A stretch of DNA of 63,951 nt, the filler included, from Octopus bimaculoides (taxonomy: Eukaryota): assembly GCF_001194135.2 (NCBI RefSeq). It is 8 parts of 7 records of this genome, joined end to end, with 100 filler letters (N's around TTAATTAATTAA, not from the genome) between each part and the next. Parts side by side here need not be neighbours in the genome. Positions count along the whole stretch, not along the records: positions 62,844 to 63,951 come from NC_069005.1; 7 more parts are not named here. One strand, given 5' to 3'. This document shows positions 62,844-63,951 of this stretch, in pieces (the first letter of the stretch is position 1; the number at the start of each line of letters is the position of its first letter). The translations under genes and the position numbers were made by a program. The notes under the pieces are model-generated. The model saw nothing but the letters and a program-made list of their open reading frames with translations, was not told where the DNA came from and made no database searches.

Positions 62844-63403
62844 TGTTTATAATTATTATAAAGAATTATATACTCTGTATTAAGTTATACCTAAAACATT
62901 TTACATACTAGCTACATGATAAAATCCTATATAGGTTTTATCCTTGATCACTATAATAAATATGAATTCACTTAAATCAATTTATTTGCTGCTGAATTAG
63001 CTGCTGAGATGAGCTATGTAGATTTAAACTGTATATATAAGTGTTAACATTTGCAAATGCACTGGGGATATGCTTGTGTTCTTGTGGTATATGTAAATGT
63101 TTATAATTATGTACGTTGAGTTATGTCATACTGATGACGGTAAAGGAAGTTATATCCCTGAAATAGAAATCAATTGATCTATGGCTAAACTTTTTTAAAA
63201 ATCGTTTTCGTTCATTTCCCTCGCTTTCAGCCCGTATCTGTGTGATAAATAAAGTAGCTTTCGAGTCATTTGACATATTCTAGCCTGTGGCTCTACCATG
63301 TTTATAATTATTATAAAGAATTATATACTCTGTATTAATTTATAGTTAAAAGGTTTTACATGCTAGCTACTTGATAAAATCATATATAGATTTTATCCTT
63401 GAT
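62844..63403 (+). repeat. ~105-bp AT-rich direct repeat pair (62844-62950 and 63299-63403)
   Basis: Both begin TGTTTATAATTATTATAAAGAATTATATACTCTGTATTAA. Confidence 0.85.
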
Positions 63404-63695
63404 TATATATATATATCAATGGAAAATCCAAGGACAAAAAAAAGCGAACAAACGAAGAAGTCAATTGAGGAAAAAAGATAGAGTGGTCACAACCGATGAG
63501 CTAAGCGAAACAAGCTAATATAGTGACTTCACTTGCTGTGGGACAGTTATCTCCCCTGTCAGTGCATAGACATGTGCATTTTTGCGGTTATGACATCTTT
63601 CACTCTTATTTCTTGCAATGTAGCTGTTACGCCGCACATTCAGTCACCACTAGAGACAACTGATATCTATCCATCTCTCTATCTATCATATATGT

Positions 63696-63733
<38 letters not shown>

Positions 63734-63734
63734 G

Positions 63735-63766
<32 letters not shown>

Positions 63767-63794
63767 CACATATGTATGCATGTAGTCATAGATG

Positions 63795-63945
63795 CAAGAG
63801 TGGCTGTGTGATAAGTAGCTTGCTTACCAACCACATGGTTCCGGGTTGAGTGGCACCTTGGGCAAGTGTCTTGTACTATAGCCTCGGGCCGACCAAAGCC
63901 TTGTGAGTGGATTTAGTAGACAGAAACTGAAAGAATCCCATCCTA
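63795..63945 (+). mobile_element. CORE-like SINE head
   Basis: GAGTGGCTGTGTGATAAGTAGCTTGCTTACCAACCACATGGTTCCGG...GAAACTGAAAGAATCCC. Confidence 0.9.
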
Positions 63946-63951
63946 TATATA

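Overview
AT-rich, microsatellite-dense eukaryotic DNA from a fragmented draft assembly. There are many N gaps, and seven identical 100-bp spacers (44 N + TTAATTAATTAA + 44 N) show the window is eight separately assembled pieces joined artificially: 1-2831, 2932-23389, 23490-28018, 28119-41988, 42089-57743, 57844-60431, 60532-62743, 62844-63951. The repeat inventory points to an octopus genome; this is an inference from recalled repeat families, not a database result. It includes tRNA-headed CORE-like SINEs, Nin/Deu-domain SINEs, RTE-tailed SINEs, an RTE LINE, R4/Dong and mariner relics, and TTAGGG telomere repeat. No complete host gene is visible, and almost all listed ORFs are artefacts of simple repeats or N runs. 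Real coding signal is limited to transposon relics and one convincing 84-nt internal exon (40417-40500, minus strand). The most interesting region is 20.5-23.3 kb. It holds a decayed ~400-codon gag/ORF1-like gene with a CCHC knuckle and no visible ORF2, whose leader is joined to the A-box half of a Nin-SINE head. Immediately upstream lie a 73-bp-arm hairpin and a 185-bp loopless palindrome bracketed by ~100-bp direct repeats. Other items: a variant telomeric tract, degenerate Penelope-type hammerhead ribozyme motifs, a five-copy SINE array and a duplication-plus-inversion of a tRNA-Thr-like unit.
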